A stretch of DNA of 64,000 nt from Eledone cirrhosa. Its lineage: Eukaryota. The position numbers and the translations under genes were made by a program. Positions 58,401 through 64,000 of the stretch are shown in pieces; the stretch's first letter is position 1; every line of letters begins with the position of its first letter. The notes under the pieces were generated by a model. It searched no databases. It had not been told where the DNA came from and was given only the letters and a program-made list of their open reading frames with translations. The DNA lies in the NCBI GenBank assembly GCA_964016885.1, contig CAXHJY010000608.1:62001-126000 (forward strand), written 5' to 3'.

Positions 58401-59885
58401 TCTACATATGTATACGTGTGTGTATTCATATACATACTAGTATTTCAGTATACATATATGGATGTACATCTTTAACTTAATTGTTTAAGCGTCAGTCATA
58501 CAAAAGTGAGTTACAAATGAAACAAAATTTAATTTCGTTTCGTTATTTGTTTTTATCGTCTCCGTTGAACCGGTACTTACTCACACTCTATGCAAATTAG
58601 TATGCCCACTACTAATTTTCATACAAAAAGCATATAACGATATGTGCTTTTACGATTCTCTAGAGAGGCCGGAAGATAGGTAAATATTGCTGATGAGTTG
58701 TAACAACAACGAAACTAGTTCAATATTCCTTGTCTGGCTTTCTAGAGAATAGAGGAAAGGTGTTTCCTCAAAAACCAGTATGACTCTAAAAACCGGTTTG
58801 TCTGTGTGTTTACATACAGAATAGCTGGCCACTCACAGTAAAGTGACCAGTGAAAAAACTTGGTACATCTACATATGTATACGTGTGTGTATTCATATAC
58901 ATACTAGTATTTCAGTATACATATATGGATGTACATCTTTAACTTAATTGTTTAAGCGTCAGTCATACAAAAGTGAGTTACAAATGAAACAAAATTTAAT
59001 TTCGTTTCGTTATTTGTTTTTATCGTCTCCGTTGAACCGGTACTTACTCACACTCTATGCAAATTAGTATGCCCACTACTAATTTTCATACAAAAAGCAT
59101 ATAACGATATGTGCTTTTACGATTCTCTAGAGAGGCCGGAAGATAGGTAAATATTGCTGATGAGTTGTAACAACAACGAAACTAGTTCAATATTCCTTGT
59201 CTGGCTTTATAGAGAATAGAGGAAAGGTGTTTCCTCAAAAACCAGTATGACTCTAAAAACCGGTTTGTCTGTGTGTTTACATACAGAATAGCTGGCCACT
59301 CACAGTAAAGTGACCAGTGAAAAAACTTGGTACATCTACATATGTATACGTGTGTGTATTCATATACATACTAGTATTTCAGTATACATATATGGATGTA
59401 CATCTTTAACTTAATTGTTTAAGCGTCAGTCATACAAAAGTGAGTTACAAATGAAACAAAATTTAATTTCGTTTCGTTATTTGTTTTTATCGTCTCCGTT
59501 GAACCGGTACTTACTCACACTCTATGCAAATTAGTATGCCCACTACTAATTTTCATACAAAAAGCATATAACGATATGTGCTTTTACGATTCTCTAGAGA
59601 GGCCGGAAGATAGGTAAATATTGCTGATGAGTTGTAACAACAACGAAACTAGTTCAATATTCCTTGTCTGGCTTTCTAGAGAATAGAGGAAAGGTGTTTC
59701 CTCAAAAACCAGTATGACTCTAAAAACCGGTTTGTCTGTGTGTTTACATACAGAATAGCTGGCCACTCACAGTAAAGTGACCAGTGAAAAAACTTGGTAC
59801 ATCTACATATGTATACGTGTGTGTATTCATATACATACTAGTATTTCAGTATACATATATGGATGTACATCTTTAACTTAATTGT
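52445..59885. mobile_element. Retrozyme-like tandem array L: 467-bp units, ~5.3 copies inverted against ~10.6 copies
   Basis: Exact 467 period (ORF track offsets); inversion junction 54932-54938; one HHR per unit (5 on -, 11 on +); TA flanks. Confidence 0.92.
55414..55458 (+). ncRNA. Minimal type I hammerhead of the 467-bp unit (representative; first copies 52740-52784 -, 54947-54991 +)
   Basis: aatattg-CTGATGA-gttg taacaa caac-GAAA-ctag-TT-caatatt; canonical core, palindromic helix III AACTAGTT. Confidence 0.9.
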
Positions 59886-60185
59886 ATATATATATTTATA
59901 TATATATATTATCAATATATCTATATATATTTATATATATATAATCTATATATCTTTATATCTATATATATATATATATATATATATTATCAATATATAT
60001 CTCTATATATATATGTATATATAATCTATATATCTATATATATATAATATATATATCTATATATATATTATCTTTATATATATCTATATATATCTATATA
60101 TATCTATATATTATCAATATATATATATTATCAATGTATATATATATATCTATATATATATATATATATATTATCAATGTATATA

Positions 60186-60220
<35 letters not shown>

Positions 60221-60225
60221 TATCA

Positions 60226-60298
<73 letters not shown>

Positions 60299-60361
60299 CT
60301 ATATATATATATAAATATATATATATATTATCTGTATATATATATATATTATCTCTCTCTC

Positions 60362-60485
<124 letters not shown>

Positions 60486-60642
60486 CTATAAATATATATA
60501 TATATCTATATATGCAAAGTTTTATTTAAATTGTTGGGTTACAACGAGTAAATATTTATAACTGATATAAAAGCACTCAACAAGTATTTGGAGTATATTT
60601 ACGATATTAAATAAATGGAAACTATATTTATAAAACCATATT

Positions 60643-60708
60643 TATTTCATTATATATATTTCAGGGATATCATATTAAAAATATGTTATGCCTTCTTCAG
60701 ACAAAATA
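60643..60708 (-). ncRNA. Minimal type I hammerhead in the 3' pLTR of the right-edge PLE (family F)
   Basis: tattttgt-CTGAAGA-agg cataacatat..atatg atat ccct-GAAA-tatata-TA-atgaaata; flanks match ~22913-22975. Confidence 0.75.
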
Positions 60709-62058
60709 CAATATAAACAGTCTTATAAATAGATAGATTTGACATACCTTTCAACTTCAACTTCCATTTAAAAAGTTGATTTGGTAGTGAAAATGTTAGG
60801 GACAGTTATAAAAAGAAAGAAAGAAAGAAAGAAAGAAAGAAAAAACGAAGAAAAAGAAGAAATGCATGCAACTAAATAGAGAGAGATAGATATAGAGAGA
60901 TATATAGAGAGAGGAATTCATGTAAAGAAACAGAGAGAGATATATAGAGAGGGGAAAAAACACAGAGGGAGATAGATAGAGAGAGAGATAGAGAGAGAGA
61001 AGAGAGAGAGAGAAAAAAAATAGAGAGAGATAGAGAGAAAGAAAATAGGTAGTTGGGCACCAGTTGAATGACGTATCAATGATATATTTATTTATTTATT
61101 TATTCATTTAATTCTAGTATTAATATAGAGAGAGATATATGTGGTTAGGAGAGAAAACAGCCGTTACATAGAGAGTAAAGAAAAATATCCAGACATAAAC
61201 GAGGCAGACTTAAAATGTTTCATCAATGTAAAAATATCAATTCGTATGAATCAGGCATTATAATGTAAATATCAGTATTCATGAATGAGACACGTATCAA
61301 TAATGTGTGAAAAATAATGATCATATGTCTAGTTTAAAATTCCTAGGTTTATATCAGAGTTGAGATAAAATAGAAGGTTATCCCAGATTCGATACTATAG
61401 ACATCCATGTGAATTTACGTGATCAACTCTGCAAATTCCTATTTCACACGAAAACATTCTCATCGTGCTATAAAAATTCTAGTATACATATATGTGTACA
61501 TACACACAAATATATATAGAGTCTACATTAAATTTAACAATACTATTCATGTCTTTACTCTACATGATTATCGTTCAAGCATAAGTAGAGAACAGATATC
61601 AATATATCAATAAAAATATCAGAAATAAAAATAAAAAAATAAAAAAATATAAAAATATGAAAAATAAAAATATTAAAATATTAAAAATAAAAAAATAAAA
61701 AATAAAAAATAGAACATAGTATGCCCCGCAAATCAACCACAGAGATCAACCTTCAAGGTTAATTGACAATATATTGCCAAGTTCGTTATAAGCATCAGAA
61801 TCAAAAGCAAACAAAACCAAAATTATTTACCAAAACCTGTCTAGCAGAAATCATTCCAAAAGTTTAGGATACCCATTTGATCTACAGATGGTCTTATATT
61901 TAATATAGAGGTTTATCTAGTGTAAAATTTATTCGATATATTTGGAGCATCAGCTTTTAGGGTAGTTTAATTATTCATGAAGAATGTTTAAAATAAAAAA
62001 TGAAATCGGAAGATTTATCGGCGAGTTTCATAAATAATTATAAATCAAGTTAAATATA

Positions 62059-64000
62059 TTACATTTTAAATTTATATTTATATTTAAAAGTTGAGTTCAA
62101 TCTATGTCTGCAGCAAGTGAATAAATTTGTTCGTAAATTAAGGGAATTTTTAGATTTTAGTATAAAGAATATCTCCTCCGCACAGAGGTCACATGTCTCA
62201 GAGGATGAATTAAAAGGAATCCCTCTTGAGACTATATTCCAAGCCGTCGAATATCCAACGTTATCATGCTTAAGTTGCCAGAGTAAGCCTGATAGTGATG
62301 TTGAAGATTTTTTGCTTGGATCTGTGAAAGAATTCTTGTGGTTATTATAGCGAAGTTTAAATTCTGTCGAGGTGGAACCAACATAGTTAAAATAATTTAA
62401 GTCCGTTTTAACATTACAGTTGTATATTATATTTTTAACTAAGCAATTGTTATTTAACGGACATTTAGATCTATCTCTACAGTTACATTTGTTTACTTGG
62501 ATATTATTTATGCTATTATCGCTAGGTTTTAAATTCCTATTATTTATTCTATTAATATTTTGTGCTAAATTTTTGGTGGATGAGTAAGTTAATTTTATAG
62601 TATGTCTATTGAAAATTGAGTGATACCTATGTGTTCTAGGGAAGCGATTATCAAGAGCATTAAAAAAATAGTTTAGCGATGTGGGTTTTAATGTTTAGTG
62701 AAAAAGGGGGGGCAAACCATATTATATTCCTAGTTCTATTTCTTTTTTGGCTTTTGGAATTATTGTAATGCTTTCTATTATAGTTTTTAAAGTTGTTGCC
62801 GTAATTAAAATTGTTGTTATTTTGGTTAGTTTGTCTATTATTATCTATGTACATAATTGTATCACTATATCCTGCTCTAGCTAACGCTTCATTGTAATAC
62901 TGGGCTTTTTCGTCGAAAATCTTTTTATTAGATGAGATTCTAGAGATACGTTTTTGAACAGAGTTTACTATAGTATTTTTAACAGATCTGGGGTGGTTAG
63001 AGTTAAAGCTGACATAGTTTAAGTTTTCATTCAACTTGTGAAATGGATAGTGAAGACATGTGTTGAGATTTAATGTTACATCTAGGAAATTGACTATTCT
63101 ATGGTTATTCTCAATTTCTATTTTTAGATTAAAATAATTAAAAAATTGTGTAATTTGTTTTCTTTTTCTATTTAGTTCAGAGTTATTATTTTCAATAAGT
63201 AAAAGCATGTCATCTCTATATAAACCTCCGGTAGCACCGGGTATTTTCCTATGCAGAGAATTGATTATAAATAGGCCCACAAGGTCAGTTACCTGAGCTG
63301 AGTCGGATGATCCCATAGTAATGTCGAAATTGTTATCTCTATCTGCTCTGGTCCATAGTTGGTCATTAAATTCTATCAATGTTTTCCTAGCCGATAATAT
63401 AATGTGCATTTCATTGCTAGTTAGGTCTGTATATTTGAATGCGTAATTTTGTGCCTTATTTAGTAGATTAGGGGTAATAGATGAATAATAGTTAGCTATA
63501 TCTAGTTGAATACATTTATTATTATTGTTATATTTTATTTCTTTAAACCACTCAATAACCTCTCCAGTTCCCTTCCACAAGCTCAAGGTAGGTAAACAAT
63601 TCAAGTTTTTAATTTGCTGTATCACCCTGTCTAGAATGTTTTTGATTAGTTTACCCAGGTCAGATTTTGATGGTGCAATCAATCTGACTGGCAGGTCATT
63701 TTCAAAATTTCTTTTATGATCTTTCATATTGATCTTCGGTTTCCTGGGCACGAAAGGTTGTGTTCTGTTCTCAATTTCCAACTCATCCATTATACAAGAT
63801 GCCTCAACATTCATTTTCTCAAGCTCAGCCTTATCTGCTACCTTGTACTTTTTCCTCAGTTCTTTCAGTATGAGGCCATTATACATGTCTTGTTGCACTC
63901 CATAGAGGTTGTTGGTCTTGTCAGATTTCACCAAGATCTTCTCAGTTTTCTCTAAGCTCTCAATATTATCCTTAATGCCTTTCAGATATTCCTGGCCTTT
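62059..64000 (-). CDS. PLE RT + GIY-YIG ORF (YRDD type); runs off the window; one frameshift in a T7 run
   Basis: KSDKT..KDHK..VRLI..QLDIANYY..MGSSDSAQVTDLVG..GGLYRDD..VNFLDV; removing one T at ~62665 continues in frame through CNCRDRSKCPL..NIIY..YVGST..CDLC..CCRH to TAA at 62059. Confidence 0.88.

Noticed and set aside
52635-59766. Repeated 60-aa ORF MASYSVCKHTD... as a gene array
   Set aside because: GTG start, antisense to the ribozyme strand, one copy has a stop, not conserved in the 413-bp homologue
52445-59885. CRISPR array or 5S/snRNA/tRNA gene cluster
   Set aside because: No variable spacers or cas genes; no recognisable 5S, snRNA or tRNA sequence; no convincing Pol III A/B boxes

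Overview
AT-rich, repeat-saturated animal (eukaryotic) DNA. A cephalopod/octopus origin is likely, inferred from a SINE I recognise and from the (TA)n load. I found no supportable host gene. The window is a field of compound (TA)n microsatellites repeatedly invaded by Penelope-like elements (PLEs, RT + GIY-YIG), CR1/L2- and RTE-type LINE fragments, tRNA-SINEs, non-autonomous Helitrons and a decayed Gypsy. The main signal, found by eye, is about 12 distinct families of type I hammerhead ribozyme (HHR) motifs, roughly 40 copies in total. Four of them sit in non-coding tandem units that look like retrozymes (circular-RNA-derived retroelements): (1) a near-identical 16-HHR array of 467-bp units with a central inversion (52.4-59.9 kb); (2) a diverged 413-bp homologue, fused to (3) a 522-bp HHR unit (28.8-30.4 kb); and (4) a 2.89-kb unit (36-42.3 kb). 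Coding PLEs and non-coding HHR elements share one insertion geometry: two inverted arms facing outwards into (TA)n, one ending at a fixed 'short' 3' site and the other at a fixed 'long' site. A nearly intact YRDD-type PLE at the right edge is a candidate autonomous partner. All folds and alignments were done by eye, and coordinates of degraded elements are approximate.
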